DNA of 64,000 nt from Candidatus Bathyarchaeota archaeon (GTDB lineage Archaea > Thermoproteota > Bathyarchaeia > 40CM-2-53-6 > RBG-13-38-9), in assembly GCA_963807605.1 (NCBI GenBank), contig CAWECG010000003.1, forward strand, positions 103,243-167,242, in the 5' to 3' direction. Every line of letters begins with the position of its first letter. The stretch's first letter is position 1. The position numbers and the translations under genes were made by a program. Of this stretch, positions 35,035 to 45,084 are shown piece after piece. The notes under the pieces are model-generated. The model saw nothing but the letters and a program-made list of their open reading frames with translations, searched no databases and had not been told where the DNA came from.

Positions 35035-37401
35035 TCATTGAGGGTATGTCCAAAGAACAATCAGATTCTTCTTGAAGAAATCAACGAACATATCCTTCTT
35101 CTTATTCAATGACTGCTCTTCCAAGATCGGATTCTGATTTACTGTACATTCAATCGTAACGCTCGTAGGATCGCAAGTCACTTCCATTTGTTTTACAATT
35201 GTTCCATGCGAGAAGTCTAGCGCATCAGCAATTCTCAGTATTGATGATAGAGTCGTTACCCTACGCCTGTCCTCAGGATTCAACGCAGCGTAATTGTAGT
35301 GTCTTGTCTTCGGAGCGTTTTTTCGGTGATATCTGGCAATACTCCCGATTATGTACCTCCCAGTAGAGGTGAAGGGAAGTTCAGAATCATTCAGTATCAG
35401 CTTAAGTGAATTCTTATTGTGCGCACTAGCACCTCGAGACCAGCCAATATCATGAAGTATAGCCGCATATTCTAGCCAGCGACGCTCAGTAGCTCGTAGT
35501 TTATGGACTCTCTTGAGGCTGTCAAATAATTCCAGAGCAAGCTTTCTCACTTGTTCAGAGTGGGAGGATTCATTTTCATACTTACGAGCGACTTTCCTGA
35601 CAATCTCCACTGTCCCTTTTCTTCTCCAAGCCGCCTTCCGTTTTACAGCGTTTTCGTCCTTGATGATATCCGCAAGCGAGACCCCGCGGAGCACCATTTG
35701 CGCGAAATGTTCAGGTAGCCCCTTCTTCCTTATTGCCTGGACAGCAGCCTCTAAATCATATCTAACTCTAGTGAGTTCAACAGATAATGGATCGAAACTG
35801 ATAACCGCGTATCCTGCTTCTGGATTCCGGTCGTAAGGTCTCCCTACGCTTCCCGGATTTACGAATGTTACCGCATCAACCCTTCTGTGGAACTGCCTGT
35901 GCGAGTGACCAACAACAATAATGTCTGCAGCTGCATTCTTAGCAATAGTCCTTAGCCTCTCTTTCGATGTATTACGATAGAGATGTTCGTCTATCGATTC
36001 GGGGCTACCATGAACGACAAGAAGTCTTTTTCCTTTAATCTCAAGCGCAATTTCTCGTGGCAATGAGTTGAGATAGAGTTTGTTAGCTCTCGACAATTCC
36101 TTTCTCGAAAATTTTAGGGCAACATCTTTTTCGCCGTCGGCTTCCTTCTTGGCTTCCAATACTCTAAGATCATAATTTCCGATTATACTGAGGACTCCAT
36201 TGGCGCGTAACGTCTCGACGACCTCATTAGGGAAGGCGCAATATCCAACTAAATCACCCGCGTTTAGAAAGACATCTATGCCTTTGCTCCTTGCATCCTC
36301 AATTACGGCATTGAGTGCGTGTTGATTTGCGTGCACATCTGCCAACACAGCCATCTTCGGATGCTCAGCTTCAAGAAGCGATTTCACTCCCTTTTCAGCG
36401 CCCATAAACCCAGCACCTGTAATCTGTCTGAGCTGTTCGAAAGCTCCCTTCTCCTTAACCTTCTCCCAGAATGAGACAAACTCTCTATATTTTGACCGTC
36501 TCATTTCTTGTATGTCTTGCAGGAATTGCAGAAGACCCCTCTCTACCGTCATTATATGTTCCGTGTTCTCCCTGTTGGAGAAGAGTTCATATCTGATCTC
36601 AGAGATGAACTTTGGAATGTAACCTATCCAAACATCGTAATCATGAAGCTCGCCAAGAATGTCTTGAAAGTGTTGTACCGTGGATATGTATTCTTCCAGT
36701 TTGTCATCGTAATTCGAAGAAAATATCTCCATCGTGTAGCGCAACCATTTTGCACGGATCCTCATTTCGTGGTGGTCGAGGGCATCATTCTCACGATGAA
36801 CACAATCCTCCATTGCCAGAAAATCGCTTAGTTTTTCTGATATGTGAGCATGCGCCTTCGCATATGTCGATGACGAGTCGATTGGGATGCCCTCAATGTT
36901 CGCTTGTTGCTTGACTTGTTCACAATAACTCCGCATGTTTTCAATTACATGTGAATTCTTCAAGTGATCGAGGCCATCGTTGATATCTGGCTGCATTCTT
37001 GCCCTGCGGTCTCTATGCCTGGAAAGAAGAAGTCTTACGCCATCGCCTATTTTCTCATCTTTCAGTCTCTCCAAATAGTTCGTGACGAAAGCTATTTGGA
37101 CGTCTGTGTCCCTAGCTGCGCCGAGAGATTTTGTGACTCTCCTTATCTCTTTCAACCATTCTTTGAAGAGTTTCTTGGGGGAGCATTCTTTGAAAAGAGG
37201 TAGCGCTGCTCTTATTCTGCGTGAGGCAACCCTCATCTTGTGTATATACTCTATCTCATCGCTCTCTCTGACACCATCCATTTGATTCTCGAGTGCCTTG
37301 AGAAGTTTGGTGAGGCTCTCGGCCCCATATAGGCAGTAACTGGGGTCCTTCCCAGCATCAGGACCTCTAGGCGAAGCCATGCCAGATACCTTTGTTCTCA
37401 A
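35035..37401 (-). CDS. three-domain protein: CHAD + calcineurin-like metallophosphoesterase + HD (Ppx-C-terminal-like) domain
   Basis: CHAD: IHKMRVASRRIRAALPLF, HEMRIRAKWLRY. Metallophosphoesterase: MAVLADVHAN...NAGDLVGY...GNYD...VVHGSP...VGHSH. HD: HSEQVRKLALELF...AAILHDIGW. Overlaps the ppk1 stop. Confidence 0.85.
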   Translation of the reverse strand: MRTKVSGMASPRGPDAGKDPSYCLYGAESLTKLLKALENQMDGVRESDEIEYIHKMRVASRRIRAALPLFKECSPKKLFKEWLKEIRRVTKSLGAARDTDVQIAFVTNYLERLKDEKIGDGVRLLLSRHRDRRARMQPDINDGLDHLKNSHVIENMRSYCEQVKQQANIEGIPIDSSSTYAKAHAHISEKLSDFLAMEDCVHRENDALDHHEMRIRAKWLRYTMEIFSSNYDDKLEEYISTVQHFQDILGELHDYDVWIGYIPKFISEIRYELFSNRENTEHIMTVERGLLQFLQDIQEMRRSKYREFVSFWEKVKEKGAFEQLRQITGAGFMGAEKGVKSLLEAEHPKMAVLADVHANQHALNAVIEDARSKGIDVFLNAGDLVGYCAFPNEVVETLRANGVLSIIGNYDLRVLEAKKEADGEKDVALKFSRKELSRANKLYLNSLPREIALEIKGKRLLVVHGSPESIDEHLYRNTSKERLRTIAKNAAADIIVVGHSHRQFHRRVDAVTFVNPGSVGRPYDRNPEAGYAVISFDPLSVELTRVRYDLEAAVQAIRKKGLPEHFAQMVLRGVSLADIIKDENAVKRKAAWRRKGTVEIVRKVARKYENESSHSEQVRKLALELFDSLKRVHKLRATERRWLEYAAILHDIGWSRGASAHNKNSLKLILNDSELPFTSTGRYIIGSIARYHRKNAPKTRHYNYAALNPEDRRRVTTLSSILRIADALDFSHGTIVKQMEVTCDPTSVTIECTVNQNPILEEQSLNKKKDMFVDFFKKNLIVLWTYPQ

Positions 37402-39502
37402 TCAGCCAAGCCTGAGAATTCAGTTTCGGCTCATCTTTATTGGGAATAATTCTCTCGTAGCGGCCGTTCGGTAGAAGCTGCCTTGCCTTTACATTATCAC
37501 TGAGATGAGCTTTCAACATATACTCTAGTATCGATCGCTTGAGTCTGTGATCCGGAACTACGAAGAGCACCTCCACCCGTCTAGTTAAGTTTCTGGGCAT
37601 CATGTCTGCGCTGCCGAGCAATAATTCTTCATCGTCGCCGTTCCTGAAATAATAGAGCCTGGCGTGTTCGAGGAACCGGCCAACTATGGATATTACTCTA
37701 ATGTTTTCGCTTACACCTTTGATTCCGGGCCTAAGACAACATAGGCCCCTCACATTGAGATCGACCTTGACTCCTACCATTGAGGCTCGGTAAAGAGCTT
37801 GGATAATATCTTCGTCGACCAGTCCGTTCAGTTTGAAAGCGAGGTAGCCATTCCCATTTCTTCCATGACACATTATCTCTCTGTCGATGCGCTTCAAGAT
37901 CTCGTTCTTGAGGTCTGAAGGAGCCACGAGCAGATATTTGTAATCCTCTTTTGGTGAGGCCCCAGCTAATAGGTCAAAGAGATTTGATATCTCGATGCCT
38001 ATCTTGGGATTTGCAGTCAGGTAAGAGATGTCGCCGTAGATTCTCGTGGTGACTGCGTTATAGTTGCCTGTGCCTATATTTGAATACCTCACAATACGTT
38101 TGCCTTCTCTTTTGGTGACAAGACAAAGTTTTGCGTGTATTTTCAATTTAGGAAAGTTATAAACAACATTTACGCCTGCCTTTTTCAGTTCATCTGTCAC
38201 CAGCATATTGTGTTCTTCATCGAATTTTGCCTTCAATTCAACAATAGTTGTCACCTTCTTACCATGCCTTGCAGCCTCAACGAGCACGTCTATCAATGGT
38301 GACTTTTCATCTATTCGATAAAGAGTGAGACTAATCGAGACGACATCTGTATCCTGAGCTGCTTGTCTAAGCAGGCTAAGAATGATTTCAAAGCTGTCAT
38401 ATGGGTAGTAGAAAACATAATCTCTCTTGACAATCTCGTCGAATAAGTTTTTGTCTGGTTTCAGCTCTTCGGGAACAAATCGATGAAAAGCAGAGTCTTT
38501 GAGGTCGGGTCTATCTATTTTTAGTAGCTGCCAAAAGTCCACGAGACCCAGTGGTCCCCTTAGATTGTATACGAGGTAGGTGGGCAGACCGAACATATTT
38601 GCTAGGACTTCTCTCACACTCTCGGGCATCGAACTGTCCACCTCAAGTCTGCTGGGAGCGCCAGTCCTGCGGTGTTCCAGGCTTTTGTGCATGGTCCGAA
38701 GGAAATCTGAACCTTCGTCCACTAAGATCTCTATCTCCGCGTCCCGCGTCAGGCGGAATAAGTATGCAGCTAACAAATCCCTGCCTGGAAGAAGAAGATC
38801 AAGATTTTGGGTTACAATGTCTTCAAGAAAAACAAGTTCAACAGTCTTTTCAATATTCGCTTTATTCTGCGAGGTCTTGACGTCGTGCGGAACTTCTATC
38901 AGCCTTTTGAATTGGTCGTTTGGTACATCGACCAAATAGTATTTCTCTTCCTGACCCTCCCTTGCGACAACAAAGAGGTTAAGTCTTAGGTTAGGGATGA
39001 ACTCATGAAGAAAATCCTCGACGGGATTTTCAATATTCGGGAGTATCGTTTTTTTGAAATACTCCCTAAGTATCGACTGTTTATTCTCATCAAGGTCACC
39101 CAGCCGGCGCAGATAAATGCCCTCTTTCGCCAGTTCCGGTAGCAACTCCTCCCTCCAACACGTTGCGTGGCCTTCCAGAAGAGGAATTATCGCCTTTCTC
39201 GTAGTCTGAAGTTCATCGAATGCACCAAGTCCGTCCGGGCTCGTCTCCTTGATGCCACGTTTTATCTTTTTTTGCATCTGAGAGACCCGAGTCATGAAGA
39301 ATTCATCCAAGTTGCTGCCACATATCGCGAGAAATTTCACTCTCTCCAATAACGGGTGTGAGCGATCGTTTGCCTCTTCTAAGACACGCTCATTGAAGCT
39401 GATCCAGCTTAGCTCTCGATTGATGAACAGCTTAGGATCATTAAGAGACGGCCCCCCGCCTCCTTCGCCATTCCCTTTACGACCTGTTCCTCCCAGACTC
39501 AA
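37367..39502 (-). CDS. ppk1: polyphosphate kinase 1
   Basis: 711 aa. N-terminal FINRELSWISFNERVLEEA, catalytic-His region and tandem PLD-like C-terminal domains (HAKLCLV..., SADMMPRNL). Confidence 0.95.
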   Translation of the reverse strand: MSLGGTGRKGNGEGGGGPSLNDPKLFINRELSWISFNERVLEEANDRSHPLLERVKFLAICGSNLDEFFMTRVSQMQKKIKRGIKETSPDGLGAFDELQTTRKAIIPLLEGHATCWREELLPELAKEGIYLRRLGDLDENKQSILREYFKKTILPNIENPVEDFLHEFIPNLRLNLFVVAREGQEEKYYLVDVPNDQFKRLIEVPHDVKTSQNKANIEKTVELVFLEDIVTQNLDLLLPGRDLLAAYLFRLTRDAEIEILVDEGSDFLRTMHKSLEHRRTGAPSRLEVDSSMPESVREVLANMFGLPTYLVYNLRGPLGLVDFWQLLKIDRPDLKDSAFHRFVPEELKPDKNLFDEIVKRDYVFYYPYDSFEIILSLLRQAAQDTDVVSISLTLYRIDEKSPLIDVLVEAARHGKKVTTIVELKAKFDEEHNMLVTDELKKAGVNVVYNFPKLKIHAKLCLVTKREGKRIVRYSNIGTGNYNAVTTRIYGDISYLTANPKIGIEISNLFDLLAGASPKEDYKYLLVAPSDLKNEILKRIDREIMCHGRNGNGYLAFKLNGLVDEDIIQALYRASMVGVKVDLNVRGLCCLRPGIKGVSENIRVISIVGRFLEHARLYYFRNGDDEELLLGSADMMPRNLTRRVEVLFVVPDHRLKRSILEYMLKAHLSDNVKARQLLPNGRYERIIPNKDEPKLNSQAWLIENKGIWHGFA

Positions 39503-39549
39503 GGACGTCTCCAGAATAGTTCACCTCACCAGACGGACACACCCACACG

Positions 39550-40125
39550 CTAGCCATCTATCGAACGATCTAGTTTGGCCAATTGATTCACCCTCAACCG
39601 TTTCTTCCTCGAATAATGATTTATTAGGTCCGTTGTTGACCAAGGCCTACATTCTTTAATTTCATATCCGAGCAATCTCGCGCACTTATGAATAATATTC
39701 ACATTCTTCGCTTCTATCTCAAGAAACTCAGGAATATAGTCATATTCATCCAGGTACTTGTCAAATTCGAATCTTGCGCCATCCAGTACGTAGCTTGTCC
39801 GATGTTTCCTCATTCTTGCATGTGCCGATAGTCCCAATGATTCTAGGATTTTCTTCATATTTTCAAGATCTGAAACAAGAACCTCATACTCATCAGCTAC
39901 CTTAGCTTCTCCAGTATCCAGCAATTTCTTGAAGGTAAGCATAGATCTCCGGCCGTCTTTTCTCAGCCTAATTAGACTCCTTGCTTTTCTTATGGAACCA
40001 TCCCTGAAATCATAGAATAGCGTGTCGATATCTCTGTCAGAAACCCTCTTTGCACCTAAAGAAAGTAATTTCCTTTCTGTTTGTTCTCTATTGATTTCGG
40101 TTATTTTGACTTCGATTTCATTCAT
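39550..40125 (-). CDS. CYTH-domain triphosphate tunnel metalloenzyme (CyaB/ThTPase-like)
   Basis: N-terminal EIEVK signature, alternating charged beta-strands (IRLRKDG, TFKK) and ~190 aa length. Confidence 0.8.
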   Translation of the reverse strand: MNEIEVKITEINREQTERKLLSLGAKRVSDRDIDTLFYDFRDGSIRKARSLIRLRKDGRRSMLTFKKLLDTGEAKVADEYEVLVSDLENMKKILESLGLSAHARMRKHRTSYVLDGARFEFDKYLDEYDYIPEFLEIEAKNVNIIHKCARLLGYEIKECRPWSTTDLINHYSRKKRLRVNQLAKLDRSIDG

Positions 40126-40316
40126 TTATGACCGAACCATCTAGCAGATTACTGACAAGCCTAACTCACCCTGAAAATTCACTTAATACTTAGAAATAAC
40201 GATCGAGATAACAATATGTCTGAACATTAAGATTAAGGCTTCGAACACGGAATATACGTGAGCCTCCGCTGAGTTGTCAAAAAAAAGGAAGAAGAAAGGT
40301 AAGATCCGTTCTTATC

Positions 40317-43300
40317 TTACCTTACTGGTATTGTTGCGCTTCTTCTCCAGCGTAGTAGGAACAGCGACGCAGCTAGAGCGGACACTAAGGCCACTAGTCC
40401 AGTTGCTGGGAACTCGGGTACCGGTACACCTGACTCATCAAGATAGAAGTTCTGGCCGCCGGCTACACCTCCCCAAGTTGCGACTACTGACTTTGCTGCG
40501 GTCTTGTACCCTGCACCTTGAGTTGTCACGCTGTAGGTGTCTGGCGTAACGTAGGTATAGTATGTTCCGTCGTTGGGACCCCAAGCGTTCACGGTTGTAT
40601 TGGAACCTTTTACTGTTGTTGTCTGCCAGGAGGCTAAGAGGTAGTCCCCTTGCCAGTTGCGCGTGTAGACTGTGCCTACGAGTCTGGATAAGAGATCCAT
40701 CTCGAAGACCACGTTCGCCTTTCCTTCGCATGTCGTTGTGGCTGTAACTGTCGAAAGCTGGATGTATCTGCCCTGATAGTCGGGATACCAAGCCTCTGCG
40801 ACGATTGTGTAAGTTCCAGGCTGTATTCCATAGCTTCTATAGTCACCTGAGTACCGGTTCTTAGAAGCACTCGGATAGTTCGCGAAAGGAGAGTAATAGC
40901 CGAACCTCTTCTTGTAGAGACCAGGGAAGCTGGATTTGTACCATAGGCCTCCTCCCGCCAAGGCAGATGCTGACGAACTGCCCGGGCCATTTGTGACTAG
41001 GTGGTTTTCTGGGGAGGTGAACTCGCCGAAGCCGAAGAGCTGGAAGACCCATGTTTGTACGCCTGTTGGCTGGGCAGGATTAAGGTTTCCAGACCATGGC
41101 CACTGGCTAACAGTCCGGCTGGTATTCACGGGGACGCCTGTTATGTTCGCCGCGATGAGTGTACCATTCACATCGTACGCATTTATTCTGAACTGGAAGC
41201 TGTAAACATCGTTCGGCAGGGGCGCGGGGATCAGCTCCGTCTTAAAGTCCAAGGTGACATCGATCTCACTGCCCGTCAAGAGGTATATTGGAATGTCGCC
41301 TCCAGAGGAGCCTTGCTGGGCCCAAACTGAAGGGAACTGTTCCTGAACGTAGCCGATGGTGTAAGCATCCAGAGTATAGATGCCTGTTGGAAGCCCAGTT
41401 GGGACAAGGGCATCTCGTAGGTAATCGGCAGTACTTGTCTGCCAACCGTAGAATGCGTTGCTTCCTGAGAAGGTGATCGTGGAGGCCCCAGATACTTGAT
41501 TCTGTTGGGTGTAGAAGCCTCCTGCAACCCAGTTATTCTTAGAGTCGAATACGTAGACCCTTATTGGTGATGGAGGGTGAAGCCAGTTTACTGGTTGTGA
41601 TGGGTCTTGGCAGTCGCGTGAATAGACTGTTGTTGTTATGTTGACTCCTTTGATCAGGTGGAAGCTGAGTGAGGCGTTCGTGCAATACGGGACTGTCACC
41701 TGCGGTAACTGCTCTTGGACATAGCCTGCATAGTATGCCTTGATAGTGTATGTGTCCTCCGGCATTCCGGATGGTGGCGCGTTTCTAGTCTTGGGCTCAG
41801 TGCCGTATCCGAGAAGCTCCAGACTCATCTCCGGCGTCCGCCGTGCTGCAGTCGCGATATTTGTGAAATTCCAGGCTCGGATTTTTCCGTAGGAATCCCA
41901 GGCCTCCATCACTAGCGGCGAGTTATCTATTGGTGCTACATCAGCCGAAGGCAGTTCTTGGTTGTGGAAGTGAACCGTCGCATTGATAGTTCCGCCCTTA
42001 TAGAGATCCAAGAACTGGGAAACCACGCCGCCAGCAAACTCCACCGCTGGAAAGTTTACCTGCAGAGGACCCACCGATTGCCAGTAACCGAAGACCCAGA
42101 CATTGACATAATATTGTCCTGGGACGAGTCCGCATGTGAAGTGAGCGTTAGCATCCGGAACATGCCCGTCCCACTGGGTCTGGACTCCTGAATAGCCCGT
42201 AGGGTTGCCCAGGAATGTAGTGAAGTTCCTTGGGCTTGCAGATACGTTGAAATAATCGTCTCTCCAGCCCAGTCTGATACCGTCGGAGTCGTCGATCTCA
42301 ACGCGATACAATGCGAATGGCCAACCTTTGAGCGGCTGTGGATTGGGGGGGTAAAGTGTGGCGAGCAGCTGGCCGACCTCTCCAAGACCAGCAGTTCCCG
42401 GTTTCGAACGTACTCCGAGAGTAGTATAGTCAGGCCAGTCAACTGGGCCTGTTGGACACTTTGAATAGACAGTCAGACTGAACGGCGAATCCGGAAGAAT
42501 GTAAATGTCGACTCCATGCACTGATTGACCTGTATTCACAGTGACTTGAGTAGCCAGAGTTGTGGGGACAAATCCTGCAGCACATGCTGTAAGCGTGTAG
42601 ACGCCTGGTGCCAGACCCTCAATCTCATAGTAGCCGTCAGCGGTAGCGTTGAAGTAGCCTACGCCGGAGACAGATCTTCCTGTCGGCTGACCTGTTACTG
42701 GGTCTAGGGCTGTCCCGTTGGCGAAGACCTTGCCAGGAGTATTCACACCTAGGCCGTAATAGGATCCGTAGTAGTAGGAGGAATGGCCTGCATACCTCAC
42801 AGTACCTGTTATGTAACCTGGATCAACCTCCCCCTTCACAACCAGTTCCGGATAGTTCTCAGGCGGGAAAGACTCGTACTGCTCGTACAGGTCTGAGGGT
42901 AGGAGGTTCTTCGTGTAGAAGACTTTGAAGAAGTATTTCCCAGCAGTTGTTGGTGCCTGGATGTCGTAAGCTATTATCTCGTACATGCCGTAACGCCAGT
43001 CCGGCTTCTTGTACGGCTGCCTATCCTGGAATGGATCCTGTCCTGCGGAGTAGAGATAATTTGATGATTTCTGGGTGGTGGGGTCGGTTACGTTTGGTGC
43101 TGAGATGGCTATGTACCACCAGTTTGGAGCCATAGGATGAGCCGCGTTGAATCTCCCAGTCGTGATGAAGCGATAATCACTGGTTATGCTTGTTACTACA
43201 CGCCACTTTGAAGGTGTAGCTGCAACGGGGGTAAACTCTGGGGGGATAGCAATGTATAACCATCTTCCTCTACCATTATGCTTCTCCCAGCTGATATTCA

Positions 43301-43679
43301 AGCCAGGCTGGTTAGGATTGGAGGCGTTGGCAGGGCTAGATATATTAATATAAAAGTAGAGCGGGCCAGTCGACCCGGTCACCACTGATCCGTTTGGGGA
43401 ATAGTATTGATACTGGGCAGAGATCGGCTGATAGAATAGTCCTGGACTCACATATGCGAGATGTCCTGCCTCGAAACCCTGAGCCACAGCGTAAGAATTG
43501 TTAGCATGCTGATCAGGCATAGTATTTGTTGGATTCCCCATAGGCGCCTCAGGACCACTCACTCCTTGATGCCCTAATGTATAGTGTGCCGAGACCTGCT
43601 GAACACCAGCAACGGCCGACAAAACCAGGATAGTCAAGATAGTTGTTGCTGCCATGATTCTAGTATTCAAATGATTCAT
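40317..43679 (-). CDS. large secreted cell-surface (S-layer-like) glycoprotein with a PEF-CTERM-type sorting signal
   Basis: Signal peptide (AATTILTILVLSAVAGVQQVSA). Tyr/Thr/Gly/Pro-rich with many N-x-S/T sequons and repeated carboxypeptidase-regulatory-like modules (GYYEIEGLAPGVYTLTACAAGF). C-terminus VPEFPATGLVALVSALAASLFLLRWRR. Confidence 0.7.
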   Translation of the reverse strand: MNHLNTRIMAATTILTILVLSAVAGVQQVSAHYTLGHQGVSGPEAPMGNPTNTMPDQHANNSYAVAQGFEAGHLAYVSPGLFYQPISAQYQYYSPNGSVVTGSTGPLYFYINISSPANASNPNQPGLNISWEKHNGRGRWLYIAIPPEFTPVAATPSKWRVVTSITSDYRFITTGRFNAAHPMAPNWWYIAISAPNVTDPTTQKSSNYLYSAGQDPFQDRQPYKKPDWRYGMYEIIAYDIQAPTTAGKYFFKVFYTKNLLPSDLYEQYESFPPENYPELVVKGEVDPGYITGTVRYAGHSSYYYGSYYGLGVNTPGKVFANGTALDPVTGQPTGRSVSGVGYFNATADGYYEIEGLAPGVYTLTACAAGFVPTTLATQVTVNTGQSVHGVDIYILPDSPFSLTVYSKCPTGPVDWPDYTTLGVRSKPGTAGLGEVGQLLATLYPPNPQPLKGWPFALYRVEIDDSDGIRLGWRDDYFNVSASPRNFTTFLGNPTGYSGVQTQWDGHVPDANAHFTCGLVPGQYYVNVWVFGYWQSVGPLQVNFPAVEFAGGVVSQFLDLYKGGTINATVHFHNQELPSADVAPIDNSPLVMEAWDSYGKIRAWNFTNIATAARRTPEMSLELLGYGTEPKTRNAPPSGMPEDTYTIKAYYAGYVQEQLPQVTVPYCTNASLSFHLIKGVNITTTVYSRDCQDPSQPVNWLHPPSPIRVYVFDSKNNWVAGGFYTQQNQVSGASTITFSGSNAFYGWQTSTADYLRDALVPTGLPTGIYTLDAYTIGYVQEQFPSVWAQQGSSGGDIPIYLLTGSEIDVTLDFKTELIPAPLPNDVYSFQFRINAYDVNGTLIAANITGVPVNTSRTVSQWPWSGNLNPAQPTGVQTWVFQLFGFGEFTSPENHLVTNGPGSSSASALAGGGLWYKSSFPGLYKKRFGYYSPFANYPSASKNRYSGDYRSYGIQPGTYTIVAEAWYPDYQGRYIQLSTVTATTTCEGKANVVFEMDLLSRLVGTVYTRNWQGDYLLASWQTTTVKGSNTTVNAWGPNDGTYYTYVTPDTYSVTTQGAGYKTAAKSVVATWGGVAGGQNFYLDESGVPVPEFPATGLVALVSALAASLFLLRWRRSATIPVR

Positions 43680-44233
43680 CCTTCTGTTTGCGAGCCTAGA
43701 GCTAGTCCAGCCATATATTACTAGTTACATGAGATCACATGCCACTATACGAATCTATGAGAATGATGCTGTTATGATAGCCCAAAATGTCCAGACAATG
43801 AAACATGATACTAGGCCTAAGCTCATCGAAAAAAATTAGCAGAATGAGTGAATTTGTGGCCAGAGTACGTGAAGATTCAATAGCAGCATTATACAGACGT
43901 GACTATATTGGTGCAGAGAAGATTTTTGTAAACATGAGTCACACTGAAACTTTAGAAAAAAGGGCATACACGAGATAAACAAACAGGGGATCGACTCAAG
44001 CCATATGTCGGCTTTGAGATTGATACTCAAGAGTCTGAGGCGAATAGGCGAGTGCGGGAGTGATGTGGCAGAGACGGTATTGAACTTGACAGCCACTGAG
44101 CTTCCGGGATCTAGCAACGCTCCTAAGCGTGCCGAATAATATTCATTTGTTGCGGTGTCTCCGATCTGTAGGGCTGTCTATTGCCCCCGCGTCTACATGT
44201 TAAGTAATGCATTTTGCTTTGTAAACCTAAGGT

Positions 44234-45079
44234 TCATTCGGTCCCTCTGACTTTCGTCTTGGACACCGCTCTAACCGTGATGTTGATACCGAGGACGACG
44301 AGTAATAGGACTAAAGCAGCTCCCCATGCGAAGGTATGGGAGTTCGCGTAGGGCGATGTACCGAAGTCGTACATGAGGACAGTCAGTGAGGCAGCTGGAT
44401 CGTTTAGACTTGTCATAAGGAATTGGCTTCCCAGCGCAGTGAAGAGTAACGGCGCGGTCTCACCCATTACACGCGCCACAGCCAGAGCGATCCCTGTAAC
44501 GATGCCGCTCCTTGCACTTCCCAATGTGATGAAGAGAAGAGTTTTCGTTCTTGAGATTCCTAGCGCCAATCCCCCCTCTCTTACCGATGCTGAGACAACT
44601 CTGAGAGACTCATGAGAGGATATAGTGACTACAGGGATCATGATGAAGCCTAGCGCAATTCCGCCGCTCAGAGCTGAGAATCGATGTTGGGTTGCTACAA
44701 CTAGCTCGTAAACCACTATACCTGTGACAATTGAAGGGACACCTGTCAAAACCTCAGATAGAAGCCTGATTTCAGAGGTGAGCCGGCCCGGGTACTCTGA
44801 AAGATACGCTCCACCTAATATCCCCAAGGGGATACCTATCATCGAAGCGAGGGCAACCATTACCAAGCTACCTTCCAAGGCGTTGAGTATTCCACCACCG
44901 GTTCCTCCGATTGGAGGCGTGATTCTGGTGAAGAAATTTAGAGTCAAAGCTACGTAGCCTCGTGCAATAGTCTCGTATAGAATCGAGATAAGTGGAACCA
45001 AGGCAATGATAAATGATGTTGAGGCAAGCACGACGTAAAGAGCGTTGGTGAATCTTCGTTTTCGCTCTAGACCAGGCAA
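44234..45079 (-). CDS. pstA: phosphate ABC transporter permease PstA
   Basis: 6-TM BPD permease with the EAA-like loop (ESLRVVSASVREGGLALG). Confidence 0.9.
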   Translation of the reverse strand: MPGLERKRRFTNALYVVLASTSFIIALVPLISILYETIARGYVALTLNFFTRITPPIGGTGGGILNALEGSLVMVALASMIGIPLGILGGAYLSEYPGRLTSEIRLLSEVLTGVPSIVTGIVVYELVVATQHRFSALSGGIALGFIMIPVVTISSHESLRVVSASVREGGLALGISRTKTLLFITLGSARSGIVTGIALAVARVMGETAPLLFTALGSQFLMTSLNDPAASLTVLMYDFGTSPYANSHTFAWGAALVLLLVVLGINITVRAVSKTKVRGTE

Positions 45080-45084
45080 GATTT

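Noticed and set aside
40438-43135. Many 60-130-aa ORFs on both strands inside the 3.4-kb surface-protein gene.
   Set aside because: All are nested in one long, compositionally coherent ORF with signal peptide and sorting signal. They are typical shadow ORFs.
43836-44117. ORF 43836..44117 in the S-layer/pstA spacer, and ORFs 50977..51373 in the spacer upstream of the AbrB-PhoU gene.
   Set aside because: They have no start context, no motif and odd composition. These regions are more likely promoter/leader DNA for the flanking highly expressed or regulated genes.
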